Virus record (IMG/VR): IMGVR_UViG_3300045988_177154
Coordinates: 160,001 to 224,000 of that record
DNA: 64,000 bases
DNA from: a virus
Reading direction: 5' to 3' (one strand)
The translations under genes were made by a program, and so were the position numbers. Positions 28,254-38,466 of the stretch are shown piece by piece (the stretch's first letter is position 1; the number at the start of each line of letters is the position of its first letter). The notes under the pieces were generated by a model. The model saw only the letters and a list, made by a program, of their open reading frames with translations, was not told the origin of the DNA and searched no databases.

Positions 28254-29063
28254 CTATTTTGATAACAAATATTCCAAGCCACCTTTAAGTTGATTCAATT
28301 TAAGTTTTTTACTTAATTTAGTAACAACTAATTCACGAGTAGCATTTCGTCCGAATGAAAAGATTTTATTTTTATTGTAAAATACGTTATCATCTTCAAT
28401 ATAATAATCTTTATCTTTTTCTGCTTTTACTTGATAATCAGATAGAATTTTGTTAAGTTCTGAAGCACTAGGATTCTTTTTGTTATCCCAAATAATAGTT
28501 TCATCACTGAACCAAAAGATAAAATCACCTACAGAAACAGAGTTAATAGCATACCTCCCCAATATGATTGTACCTTCTTCCTTTTGAAGTCGATTTAACA
28601 AAATGTATCTAGCCACTATTCCATTCATAACTTCTTCAATTAAACAAGTGCCAAAGTTCATATTAAGATTTTCTAATTTTTCATAATTCCAATGAGCAGT
28701 AAAATCATCATAACAATTTGAATAAGTAAAGATTCTTAAATGACTCTCTATATCGTCTTTCATGAATTTTTTATAGCCTTTATTTTCTTTATTAAAGTAT
28801 CTAATTCCAATATTTGCTATTTCTGCCAAATCTTTAATAGGCGACACTTCGTATTTTTCAACTAATTCAGACAACCAATCAGTTTGTTTGAAATGGTAGT
28901 CCCAATAACCATAATCTCTATTAGTCATTCTGATAAGTGTTTTAAAATCTTCATTCTTTTGAGTGATTTCTCTATATTCAATTGCTTTCTTAGCTTCTTC
29001 TTCTGATTTGTAGTATCGCCCAGCAACTTTATACACTACTTCTTTTTCGATTTTATAATCCAT
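28254..29063 (-). CDS. hypothetical protein
   Basis: Long unambiguous ORF; no family recognised. Confidence 0.5.
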   Translation of the reverse strand: MDYKIEKEVVYKVAGRYYKSEEEAKKAIEYREITQKNEDFKTLIRMTNRDYGYWDYHFKQTDWLSELVEKYEVSPIKDLAEIANIGIRYFNKENKGYKKFMKDDIESHLRIFTYSNCYDDFTAHWNYEKLENLNMNFGTCLIEEVMNGIVARYILLNRLQKEEGTIILGRYAINSVSVGDFIFWFSDETIIWDNKKNPSASELNKILSDYQVKAEKDKDYYIEDDNVFYNKNKIFSFGRNATRELVVTKLSKKLKLNQLKGGLEYLLSK

Positions 29064-29195
29064 ATTTAAAACTCTCTTTCATTTTTTGGTTATTCTATTT
29101 TACAAAAAAAATTCTATTTTGTCAACAAAAAGTTAAAAAACAGTTAATTTTGATATGAAAAACAAATAAACAATACTATTTAAAGGAGTTATTAG

Positions 29196-30899
29196 ATGAA
29201 TTTACTTATTCAGTCTATTCTTCTAATTCTGCTTTATTTCATCTCAGTCCCATTCAGTTTTTGGTTTAAAGACTGGATTGCTTATCAAATTAGAAAGAAA
29301 AGAAGAAATAATAGGCAGAATAAACAACCTACTGAAGAATTAACTTATAAACAAAAAATTAAACGTGAAAAGAAATTCGCTTTAAAAGAAGCCAGTAATA
29401 AGAATGTAATTAGACTAATCTATGTATTAACTATTCTTATCGGCCCAATTGTTGCTATAAAAACACTCCTTTGGGGAGCTGTTTTATCATTTTTTATCCC
29501 GTATGTATTTATTGGAATTGTTCATAATATGATAAGTGCAGAATTAGCTGCTAGAGATAAACTTATATCTCGTATGCTTGATTTCAAACGTTCTAAAATG
29601 GGCTTAATTGACAACAAAGCAAATATAATGGATTATACTGAAGAATTTATTATTTTAGAAAATGACCCAGAAGATAAGAAACCATCTAAAATTAGATTGT
29701 TTTTACCAGTTAACTTCGACCCGTTACAAGCTAATACTTTTCTATCAGATTTTTCTACACAATTCGGTAGAGGTCGTCCATTTGAAATTGATTACGAAGA
29801 TAAAGAATACCCAGGTTGGGATACGGATAAAGGTGTAGCAACTATCTCATTACAAGCTCCACTTCCTACTATGGCTAAATGGGATAAACATTATTTAGAA
29901 GACCCAATAGTTCAATGGAGTTTTATTCCACTAGGATTATCTTCTAGGGGTGGACTTCCAATTAAAAATCCCGAAACTGGTGAAATTGAACACGTTGTAG
30001 GATTTGACTTAGACGGAACTCAAAAGAAATATTGTGATAAAAATGGTATTCATATTGGTGCCGATATTATCGCTTCACCCATGACTCTTATTGCAGGTGT
30101 TACAGGTGGTGGAAAATCTGTTGCTCAATGGAATATTATGAACTCATGTTTAGCTAGACCAGATAAATGGTTGTTATTTGGTATAGATATGAAGAAAGTG
30201 GAACTTAGCCAACTTAGACAATATGGTGTTGCTGTTGGAACTACTATGGAAGATGCTTGCGACATTTCTTGCTTCGTTCAAAAAGTCATGATGGATAGAT
30301 ATGAACTTATGGAAAGACTCGGTATCAATAACTGGGAAGATATTCCGAAAGAATATGACGGCCCAGCAATTCTATTGCTTGTTGACGAGGCTGGGGAACT
30401 ACTTGCTGAAATCAAAGGTAAAGATGAAATTTCAAAAGCTAATCAAGAATACCAAGATAAAATTAGAGCCGCTTTTGAAAGTATTGCTCGTCTTGGTCGT
30501 GCAGCTCGTGTATTCTTAGTTTGTGCAGCACAAAGACCATCATCAGATGTTATCCCTATGCAAGTTCGACAAAATATGAGTAATAAATTAGCTGCAGGTT
30601 CATTACCAGCAACTATTTCTCAAATGTTGTTTGAAAATAACGAAGGCCAAAAAGTTAAAGGTAATCCTAAAGGTAGAATTGGATTAAAAGTTCACTCAAG
30701 TGATGTTATTCATGCTCAAGGATTTTACTCTCCAACTGATTGGATTGACGGTTATATTAAAGAAAAAGGCTGGCCTAAGAAACTTTATGAAAACTCATCA
30801 TTTGTCAATGAGTTAAATGAAAGTAAAGAAGCTAATGCTTCTAATGCTGAAGAAGCTATGTCAGAAGAAGATTTTGACTTATTAGAGTCAGTTAAATAA
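29196..30899 (+). CDS. membrane-anchored FtsK/SpoIIIE-family DNA translocase-like ATPase
   Basis: N-terminal TM segments, Walker A GVTGGGKSV, Walker B LLLVDEAGEL, and AAQRPS motif. Confidence 0.8.
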   Translation: MNLLIQSILLILLYFISVPFSFWFKDWIAYQIRKKRRNNRQNKQPTEELTYKQKIKREKKFALKEASNKNVIRLIYVLTILIGPIVAIKTLLWGAVLSFFIPYVFIGIVHNMISAELAARDKLISRMLDFKRSKMGLIDNKANIMDYTEEFIILENDPEDKKPSKIRLFLPVNFDPLQANTFLSDFSTQFGRGRPFEIDYEDKEYPGWDTDKGVATISLQAPLPTMAKWDKHYLEDPIVQWSFIPLGLSSRGGLPIKNPETGEIEHVVGFDLDGTQKKYCDKNGIHIGADIIASPMTLIAGVTGGGKSVAQWNIMNSCLARPDKWLLFGIDMKKVELSQLRQYGVAVGTTMEDACDISCFVQKVMMDRYELMERLGINNWEDIPKEYDGPAILLLVDEAGELLAEIKGKDEISKANQEYQDKIRAAFESIARLGRAARVFLVCAAQRPSSDVIPMQVRQNMSNKLAAGSLPATISQMLFENNEGQKVKGNPKGRIGLKVHSSDVIHAQGFYSPTDWIDGYIKEKGWPKKLYENSSFVNELNESKEANASNAEEAMSEEDFDLLESVK

Positions 30900-30905
30900 A
30901 AAAAA

Positions 30906-30937
30906 GAAAGTTGCTATTTAAAATAGCAACTTTTTTA
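30906..30937. terminator. bidirectional terminator
   Basis: Stem aagttgctattt/aaatagcaactt flanked by A- and T-runs. Confidence 0.8.
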
Positions 30938-31342
30938 AAGCATTTGTTCCAATTGAGCTAATCTTGATTTTAACTCTTTGATTGTGTTGTTTATATCTCT
31001 TTTTAGAGACTTGTTATATGTTTCATAACTTCTATAAGTAGTATCTTTGTATAAAATTCTGATTTCGGGTAATGAATTTACTTCTGTTGAAAAATTCAAA
31101 CTTTCTCTAGGATTAAGCGGGGAAAATCTAAATTTAAATTCTGTATAAGAATTAAGTATCTCATCTTGAATATAAAAGTTTATTGAAACAAACTTTCCAT
31201 TCAAGAAGCTACTTGAAAAACCAGATTTATCAATCTTTTTAGAGTAATTATCAAATATTCTTTGAATTTTTGTTCTATTAAGCTTTGATTTTGATTGCCA
31301 AAATTTTTCAGATGTTAATTTTTCAATTGTTTTTAAATCCAT
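30935..31342 (-). CDS. hypothetical protein
   Basis: Immediately follows 31344-32108 on the minus strand. Confidence 0.45.
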   Translation of the reverse strand: MDLKTIEKLTSEKFWQSKSKLNRTKIQRIFDNYSKKIDKSGFSSSFLNGKFVSINFYIQDEILNSYTEFKFRFSPLNPRESLNFSTEVNSLPEIRILYKDTTYRSYETYNKSLKRDINNTIKELKSRLAQLEQML

Positions 31343-31343
31343 T

Positions 31344-32108
31344 TTAAAACCCCTTAATCATTTTAAGCATTCTTTCTGAATCAGATAATCCTAAAAGAAA
31401 CACAGAATATTTATATTTTTCTGCTTCTTCTAATGAGTCCCATAATTCAGAATTTGTAAAACTAATCTTGTTTAGAGTTAAATCTATGAAATTTTTATCC
31501 TCTTTGCTAGCTCCAGCACCAAAAGAATACATTAAATCTAAATCATATTTTCCAGTTAAATATTTCAAAGCATTTTCTTTTGTTACAAATTTAGGAACTA
31601 CATAAAGTTTGTTATCTTGTACAAAACAATTCCAATCTTTATATAAAAACGGTTTCAGCAATCTCAATACCATTATTTCTTGGTGTTCTTTTACTTCAGC
31701 ATAGTAATAGTACCCTTTTAATTCAAAATCAGATTTGAATAATGACGAGCAATTGTATAACAATGATTCAACATCTGATAAATCTATTTTATCAAATTCT
31801 TTTTGAATTATCGCTTGCCAATTTCCATCCTCAACAAGTCCTTTATGTAGAATTGCTAATCCATTAGATAAAATAGCATGTTCAAACATCGAATAAAAAG
31901 TAATTCGTTTGAACTCTTCTAAAGACCTAGAAGTAATTGGAATGATTGTAATTACTTCATTTAGCGATTTTAAATAATCAAGCGATTGCTTTGTCATATA
32001 AGATAATTCTTTATTATCTTTATATTCTACTGCAATTACATCTTCATCTTTAACAAAACCTCTTGAAAAAATAAGTGTATTGTCTAAAGCGGTTGCAAAT
32101 ATAGGCAT
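31344..32108 (-). CDS. HAD-IIB (Cof)-like fold protein with degenerate catalytic motifs
   Basis: Motif I is ALDNT (expected DxDxT), motif II is TSR, and motif IV is GAGASKED (expected GDxxND). Confidence 0.4.
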   Translation of the reverse strand: MPIFATALDNTLIFSRGFVKDEDVIAVEYKDNKELSYMTKQSLDYLKSLNEVITIIPITSRSLEEFKRITFYSMFEHAILSNGLAILHKGLVEDGNWQAIIQKEFDKIDLSDVESLLYNCSSLFKSDFELKGYYYYAEVKEHQEIMVLRLLKPFLYKDWNCFVQDNKLYVVPKFVTKENALKYLTGKYDLDLMYSFGAGASKEDKNFIDLTLNKISFTNSELWDSLEEAEKYKYSVFLLGLSDSERMLKMIKGF

Positions 32109-32183
32109 TTACTAACCTCCTATTTTATTGATAAAAGAGCATAAAATATGCTCTTTTTCTATATTTATATTCTATCATAAAAG

Positions 32184-33284
32184 TTAGACTAAGTCAATGT
32201 TTATAACGTTTTCATAAGAAATTTTTGAACTGTTGAAATTCGGTAAATTAAGGACTTTATTATTCAAATGAATTGGTTTTCTATCGTATTCTGAGTCATT
32301 AAAATTATAGGCTGCATTAAGAGCCATTCCTCTGTATTTTATAATTATTTCCTTAGCAACTTCGGTAGAAAAATATTTTTTAATGATAAGAGCTAATTCT
32401 TTTAGCTCTTTTGGTTCTTTATATCTAACTTCAAATTCATCTGACTTAATTTCATCTAAGGGAATTTCATCATAGTCATAATAAGTAATGTCTTTTGTCT
32501 TGTTATAAGCTTCAATCGTCCAATCATAATACTTAAACTTTTGAATTTCTTCATCAGTCATTTCTGAAATAAACTTATTATAGCTTTTCGGCCCAACACC
32601 TTTTACTCCAGCAATATTATCAGATTTATCCCCTCTAATCATCTTGAATAAAAGAATGCTATTATAAGGAACTTGTACTTCTTTTGTCATTCCAATTGTT
32701 TTGAAATAAGCTTCATAGTTGTCTTTGCTAATCATTTCATAATTATAAATATACGGATGTGGCTCAGAATGAGAAGTGTTATTTCTTGGACTTCTTCTGT
32801 ATAGAGTTACTTCATCATCAATTAAAGGTGCTAAATCAAAATCATTAGTTAAAATATAAATATGATTGTATTTTTTACTTTTCTTAGCGACTCTAACAGC
32901 TTCTTTAATTAAATCATCTGCTTCGTAGTTAAATTTTTTAATTGCTGGTTGTTTATATTGTTTTAATAATTGACTAATTGATTCTTTTAGTAATTTAAGT
33001 TCATCATTTCTTTTATGTCTATTATCTTTATATCCATTAGGGAAATGCTCTTCAAAGTATTTATTACGAGAAATTAGTTTACTATCTTCAAATATAAGCA
33101 CTTGCCCTAAATTAGTTATTTTATCAATAAAAGAAAAAATCTTTTTATATATTCCGTCCTCTAAAATTTTAAACTGATTATCTTTGTATTCATAATCAAT
33201 TCCCTCTTTAAATCCGATTGTATAATAGTATCTGTAAATTACATGGCTCAAATCAATTAGAAATAAATTCTGTTTATCTGTCAT
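32184..33284 (-). CDS. 5'-3' exonuclease / flap endonuclease (PIN-like plus H3TH)
   Basis: LFLIDLSHVIYRYYY, LTNDFDLAPL, GDKSDNIAGVKGVGPKS. Confidence 0.8.
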   Translation of the reverse strand: MTDKQNLFLIDLSHVIYRYYYTIGFKEGIDYEYKDNQFKILEDGIYKKIFSFIDKITNLGQVLIFEDSKLISRNKYFEEHFPNGYKDNRHKRNDELKLLKESISQLLKQYKQPAIKKFNYEADDLIKEAVRVAKKSKKYNHIYILTNDFDLAPLIDDEVTLYRRSPRNNTSHSEPHPYIYNYEMISKDNYEAYFKTIGMTKEVQVPYNSILLFKMIRGDKSDNIAGVKGVGPKSYNKFISEMTDEEIQKFKYYDWTIEAYNKTKDITYYDYDEIPLDEIKSDEFEVRYKEPKELKELALIIKKYFSTEVAKEIIIKYRGMALNAAYNFNDSEYDRKPIHLNNKVLNLPNFNSSKISYENVINIDLV

Positions 33285-33294
33285 TTTTATTTAC

Positions 33295-33314
33295 CTCTTA
33301 GTTATATTATTCCA
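33295..33314 (-). promoter_or_regulatory. conserved promoter-like motif (reverse complement TGGAATAATATAACTAAGAG)
   Basis: Directly upstream of the FEN gene start at 33284. Confidence 0.55.
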
Positions 33315-33326
33315 AAATTCACCTCA

Positions 33327-33439
33327 CGCTCATTGCTGTTCTAAGCTGTTTTTCTTGATTGTTGATAGTTTTATCGAAAATCAGTTTTAACTGTTTTAGC
33401 GTTTCACTAATGACGATATAACGACCATTAAAATCAGTT
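33327..33439 (+). repeat. dispersed intergenic repeat, copy R6
   Basis: gctgttctaagctgtttt, TTGATAGTTTTATCGA (33362-33377), aactgttttagcgtttcac, tgacgatataac, aaaatcagtt. Confidence 0.8.
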
Positions 33440-33496
33440 CTGCAATAAAAAAGAAACACTATTTTTCATAGTGTTTCTTTTAATCATTTATTTTGG

Positions 33497-33739
33497 TTAT
33501 TTTTTGTTTTTAAATTTAGCAAAGCTACCCATCAAATCTTTATTGTCTACTCTCTCACCTGTATAAAGTTCATCAATTAACTGTTTATATTGTTCAACAG
33601 TCATTAGCTCGCCTTTAAATATTTTATTATCCTTATATAACTCTTTCCATTTTTTAGTTAATCTAATATTTTCTTTTTTAGTAGTTTTTGTAGTAGTACT
33701 TTTCTTGCGAGTAGTAGCTTTTCTTTTTCTTCTTGCCAT
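33497..33739 (-). CDS. hypothetical small basic protein, paralogous to 26674-27024
   Basis: KKWKELY...YKQLIDELYTGE...LMG. Confidence 0.5.
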   Translation of the reverse strand: MARRKRKATTRKKSTTTKTTKKENIRLTKKWKELYKDNKIFKGELMTVEQYKQLIDELYTGERVDNKDLMGSFAKFKNKK

Positions 33740-33777
33740 AGAAAAACTCCTTTATTTTATTATCTTTTTATATCATT

Positions 33778-34452
33778 TTAATCAAAGAGTGAGAAAAGTC
33801 TATCAAGACCAGCTTTCCAATCTTCTTCATCTTCTTCAGTTTCAGTAGAACTTTCATTTAGAGAAATTGCTTCATGAAAGTACCTAGCATTTGCTGTTAG
33901 AAGTTCTTCAAATCTATTTTTTGTTTCATCTTCAGCGTCTTGATTATCTTTTTCTTTCGGTTTGATATAGATTCTTACTTTTTCATAAGGTTCACAAGTA
34001 ATAAATTTATTTTTCAATTCAGTATCACTTAGAATTTCTGCGCCAATTTCTTTTAATTTATTCAAGAATGCTTCAAAAGCAAATTCCTTATCATAAGAAC
34101 TTACTAAAATATTATAAATTGATTCTATTTCACTATATTTTCTATAAACATACCAATAATTATTTGAATATTTACAACCTTTTTTAACCATATGTTTTGC
34201 TGAATCTAAAGCTTGATTATAAGGTTTAGGATTCTGCCAAGATATTTGAGTAACTTTATGTTTGTTATAAGACTTAGAATGTACCTCGTTTCCTAAAAAC
34301 ACTAACTTATGTGTGTCTCGCTTGTCAAAATACCTATAAATATATTCCTCTGGTAAAAACCAATCAATATCTTTATATTGTTGTTTTACTTCCTCTAAAA
34401 ACGAAGCCATATCTTCTTTGCTAACTATATAAATTCCACTTCCATAAAGCAT
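33778..34452 (-). CDS. hypothetical protein with an acidic C-terminus
   Basis: Long ORF; no family recognised. Confidence 0.5.
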   Translation of the reverse strand: MLYGSGIYIVSKEDMASFLEEVKQQYKDIDWFLPEEYIYRYFDKRDTHKLVFLGNEVHSKSYNKHKVTQISWQNPKPYNQALDSAKHMVKKGCKYSNNYWYVYRKYSEIESIYNILVSSYDKEFAFEAFLNKLKEIGAEILSDTELKNKFITCEPYEKVRIYIKPKEKDNQDAEDETKNRFEELLTANARYFHEAISLNESSTETEEDEEDWKAGLDRLFSLFD

Positions 34453-34549
34453 GATTTCACTCTCTTTCTACCGTAGTTAATTTTCATCACCATTTTATCA
34501 TAATGCTAAAAAAAGTTCAACCAAACGATTGAACTTTTTATTTTATGTT

Positions 34550-36873
34550 TTATTGTTCTTTTCTTTTTCTGATAAAGAGTGCAGATACAGAAGCAATAAG
34601 AGCACCTAACATTGTTAATGTAGTAGAATTTTCAGTACCAGTTTTAGGTAATTGTTTTTCTACTTTAGGAGCTTCTTTTTTAGGTTCTTCCTTAGTTACA
34701 GTAGTTTTATGAGCAGTTGTTTTTACATCTTCAATAACTGGTTTGTCAGTAGAGATTACAATGTTTTCAACTTCTACAGTAATTGGTTCTGGTTCTTTTG
34801 GTTTTTCAATTTCTTTAACTGATTGAGCAATAGTAGGTGTTAATTTGTCTGTTTTTTCATCTTTTACTGATGATAAATCTTTAGAGCTTGCAGTAACATT
34901 ATCACCTGAAACTGATTCTTTACTATTTACAATAAATGAACCTTTTACTGTTCCAGCATTATTGTTGATTGCAGTAAAATCATATTCAACAGTATAATCA
35001 CCTTTTTCAGTTAAATCTACTTCTGCTTTAACAGAATTATTTTCGATTTTTAATTCTTGTTTCTTTCCACTTGGCGAAACCAATTTAGCAGAAGTCAATT
35101 TTGTATTTTTGTCAGCAATAATATTCACAATACCTTTAGAAGTAATTTTCTTCTTAGAAGTGAATGTTTCAACAGCAGTATTTTTAAATTGTTCTAAAAT
35201 TTCTTTCATAACAACTTCTTTATCTTTACCTGTTGAATCATAAATATTAGGGTGACCATATTGTTGCATTGACTTGATTGAAAATTCGCCATTATTATCT
35301 TCAGCAGATACTTGGTTTCTATTGATTACTGACATGAAAGTTTTAGCGTTTTTCTTAGCCCAAGCTGCGAATGTTGGGTCCATTTCTTCTCTATCACCCC
35401 AGCCGTCAGTAAATTGAATTACAGAAACAGTTTGGTTTTTTGATGATTGTGAAGTATATACTTCTTCAAATGGAATTTTCTTAACAGATGCTGTACCATC
35501 TACTTCATCTGTCTTATATCCTAAATCACCCATTGCTTTTGCAACAGAGTTGAAGTATTCAGAATAATTTGCAGCTCCATTAGGAGTGTTTGGTGGATTT
35601 ATAGCAAGCCATTTATCAATAATAGATAATGCTTCTTCTTTGGTAACAAGTTTTGTTGAGAAACCTGTTTCCCAATCAGAATTGCTAAGTTTTGAAAAAT
35701 CTAATTGAGCTCCATGAGCCGCATAAGATGCTTCTTTATTATAAATATAACCTTGAAGCATAACTTTATCACCGGTATTTAAATTCTTTTCGATTAAAGT
35801 TTTTAATTGTCTAAGTGCTTCAGGTCGTTTTGCTTGTAATGAAGAACTAAAGTCAACAATAGCAATTAAATCCATAGGCTTTCTTTGAACTGTTTCAGAT
35901 GAAGATTCATCTAGCAATGATTTACCTTTAAGGATTTGATGATAAACGCCATTATTGTTTTTTGCAGTAGATTCAGAAGTTAATTTTGCTTTTATATCCT
36001 TATTCTTTGCTACAATAATTTTATTCTGAGCATTATTATCATTCCAAGATTTCAATGCTTCTTTATAAGCAGTTTGTTTTTCTTTTTGTTGTTGAATTGC
36101 TTTGTTGATTTTTTCAAGCTCTTTCTTGATTGCTTCATCTGAATCTTTAAGAGAAACAACTTTATCACCTTTTACAGTAACTTTAACATTTTCCTTTTGA
36201 GCAATTGTAATAGCGTCAGTTAATGATTTTGAAAGTCCTGCTTGTTTAGAAATAGAATCTTTTAAATTCTGTTCAACTTTTTCTACTTCTTTTTTGAACT
36301 CATCTTCTTTACCTGGTGTTAGAGTTAACTTAATCTCTTTATCTAATTTAACACCAGCTTTAGATGCTTCAGAAACAACTTTAGATAAACGCTCATTAGC
36401 ATTTGATACTAATTCTGTAAGACTGTTAATAGTCTTAATCTGATTTTCAATGTCAGTCTTTGCTTCATTTGCAGTTTTATAATTGACATCTTTAGTTAAC
36501 TCAACAATAACATGATTTTCTTTTGCTTTCTTAATTGCTTCTAACAATTTAGCATTTGAATCATCTTTTGTTGTTTCAGTATTTGTCTTTGTTTAGTAAC
36601 TTGCTCTGTTTTAACTTCTGTTTTTGCAGTAGTTTCTTGTGCTGATACAACACCAGTACCTAACAATAGAGTTGTTCCTAAAACAATACAACTAGAAAGA
36701 CCATATGCTTTTGATTTACGGAAATATCCGTGACCTTTTTTAATAATCAAAATAGTACACTCCTGTTTTTTAATTTTAATAAAACTAATATCAAATGTTT
36801 TCTTTGATTTTTTAGAAAAATAAAGATATATATAATAAATATTGGCTATAAAATGATAGTCAATAAAAAACAA
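34550..36873 (-). pseudogene. LPXTG-anchored vWA-domain adhesin split by a frameshift between signal peptide and mature protein
   Basis: ORF 36541-36873 encodes only an FRKSKAYG-type signal peptide (..VVSAQE). ORF 34550-36547 encodes a MIDAS motif DFSSS, LPKTG, a TM segment and RKRKEQ. The two frames overlap at 36544-36592. Confidence 0.6.
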
Positions 36874-36887
36874 ATAGGAGTATGCTT

Positions 36888-37298
36888 ATGCTAGAACAAA
36901 CTTTTTTTATTATTAAGCCAGACGCTTTAGAAAGAGGCTTAGTTGGCGAAATTTTCTCTCGTATTGAGAAAAAAGGATTGAAAATTACTAAATTAGAATT
37001 AGTAAAATTAAATCCCAACAAATTAAAAGCTCATTACAATCATATTGTTAATGAATCATTTTACCCAGAATTAGAAGAATACATGACAAAAGGAAATTCT
37101 ATTATTGGTATCTTGACTGGAGATAATGCTATCTCAACTTGGAGAAAGATGATGGGTGCAACTAATCCTAGAGAAGCAGATTTAGGTTCTATTAGAGGTG
37201 ACTTGGGAACAATAACAACTAATGGAGTAATGAAAAACCTTGTACACGGCTCTGATAGTGTAAGCTCTGCAACTAATGAAATCAATATTTGGTTTTAA
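36888..37298 (+). CDS. ndk: nucleoside diphosphate kinase
   Basis: MLEQTFFIIKPD...NLVHGSDS. The start at 36888 matches the streptococcal Ndk N-terminus and RBS spacing. Confidence 0.9.
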   Translation: MLEQTFFIIKPDALERGLVGEIFSRIEKKGLKITKLELVKLNPNKLKAHYNHIVNESFYPELEEYMTKGNSIIGILTGDNAISTWRKMMGATNPREADLGSIRGDLGTITTNGVMKNLVHGSDSVSSATNEINIWF

Positions 37299-37439
37299 TG
37301 TTACATAGAGCTTAATGCTACTCTTTTATGACTCTATATAAAAAGCTGACTTAATATATAGTAAAATACTGAAAAATAACCATTTTACGATATTATTTCT
37401 ATCTTTATTAAATAAATAAAAATTTAGGAGAAAATTTAA

Positions 37440-38291
37440 ATGAATAAATTTAAAAAAATTAGTATGGCTGCTTTCGGTATGTTAGCAACTGTTGCTCCAG
37501 CAACCGCTGTTTTCGCTGACGAAACTCCTACTACAGACAATAGCACTACTGAAACTAAACCTGCTGAAAACGTTGGGCGTGTTAATTACGTTTATAAAGT
37601 AAAAGGCACTGATACTGAAATTGGTAAAGGTTATAAAGAAGGTGTTATTGGGGAAGATTATGTAATTAACCCAGAAGTACTTGAAAATTACAAATATTCT
37701 GGTGCAGAAGGTGAAACAACAGGTAAATTCAGTAATGAAACACCTACAATCACATTCTATTACGAATCAACAGCAGAAACTCCAGCTACTACTGAACAAC
37801 CAAAAGAAACTGAAAAACCTGCTGAAGATAAAAAAGATAACACTGACAAGAAAAAAGATGATGTTGAACCAAGTACTACTACTTCAACAACAACTTCAAC
37901 AGAGAAGAAAGATGATGTAACTACTACAACACCTTCTACTACTGAAAAGCCTAAAGAAGAAAAACCAAAAGAAGAAGAAAAACCTGTTGAAGTAAAACCT
38001 ACAATCGAAAAACCAGTTGAAACAAATACTGGGGATAAAATTGTTGGTGCTACTGATAAAGGACAAGTAATTGTTGCTAACGATAAAGGTGAAACTACTG
38101 TTGTTGCACCCGAAAAAGTTGGTGGAGAAGTTAAATCTGATGGTTCAATTCAAGTAAAAGATAAATCTGGTAAACTTGTTAAAATTCCTACAACTGGTGT
38201 AGAAGCTGCATTGGTATCAATCATGCTTGCTGGTGGTTCAGCTTCAACTGCTGGTATCGCAACATTCCTACGTTCTAAACGTAACAAATAA
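37440..38291 (+). CDS. surface protein with a MucBP-like domain and an IPTTG sorting-like signal
   Basis: Signal peptide, VNYVYK...G.GYKEG.IGEDY...TFYY, a Thr/Pro/Lys-rich stalk, then IPTTG, hydrophobic stretch and RSKRNK. Confidence 0.6.
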   Translation: MNKFKKISMAAFGMLATVAPATAVFADETPTTDNSTTETKPAENVGRVNYVYKVKGTDTEIGKGYKEGVIGEDYVINPEVLENYKYSGAEGETTGKFSNETPTITFYYESTAETPATTEQPKETEKPAEDKKDNTDKKKDDVEPSTTTSTTTSTEKKDDVTTTTPSTTEKPKEEKPKEEEKPVEVKPTIEKPVETNTGDKIVGATDKGQVIVANDKGETTVVAPEKVGGEVKSDGSIQVKDKSGKLVKIPTTGVEAALVSIMLAGGSASTAGIATFLRSKRNK

Positions 38292-38313
38292 AAACTTAAT
38301 TAAAAGTTAATTT

Positions 38314-38345
38314 AAAAGAGTAGCAGAAATGCTACTCTTTTTTAT
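38314..38345 (+). terminator. rho-independent terminator
   Basis: Stem aaagagtagc/gctactcttt plus a T-run. Confidence 0.8.
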
Positions 38346-38466
38346 TTCAGATTTATTACTTATTCATTAAATTTGTTTTATTTGACTTTTTAAAGCTTTT
38401 ATTATAGAATAATATTACTATACGGTCGTAAAAGACTATAATTAAGAAAAGAGGTATATAATACTT

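Noticed and set aside
36541-36873. 110-aa ORF as an independent gene
   Set aside because: It encodes only a signal peptide followed by out-of-frame nonsense. It is interpreted as the 5' part of the frameshifted adhesin 34550-36547.
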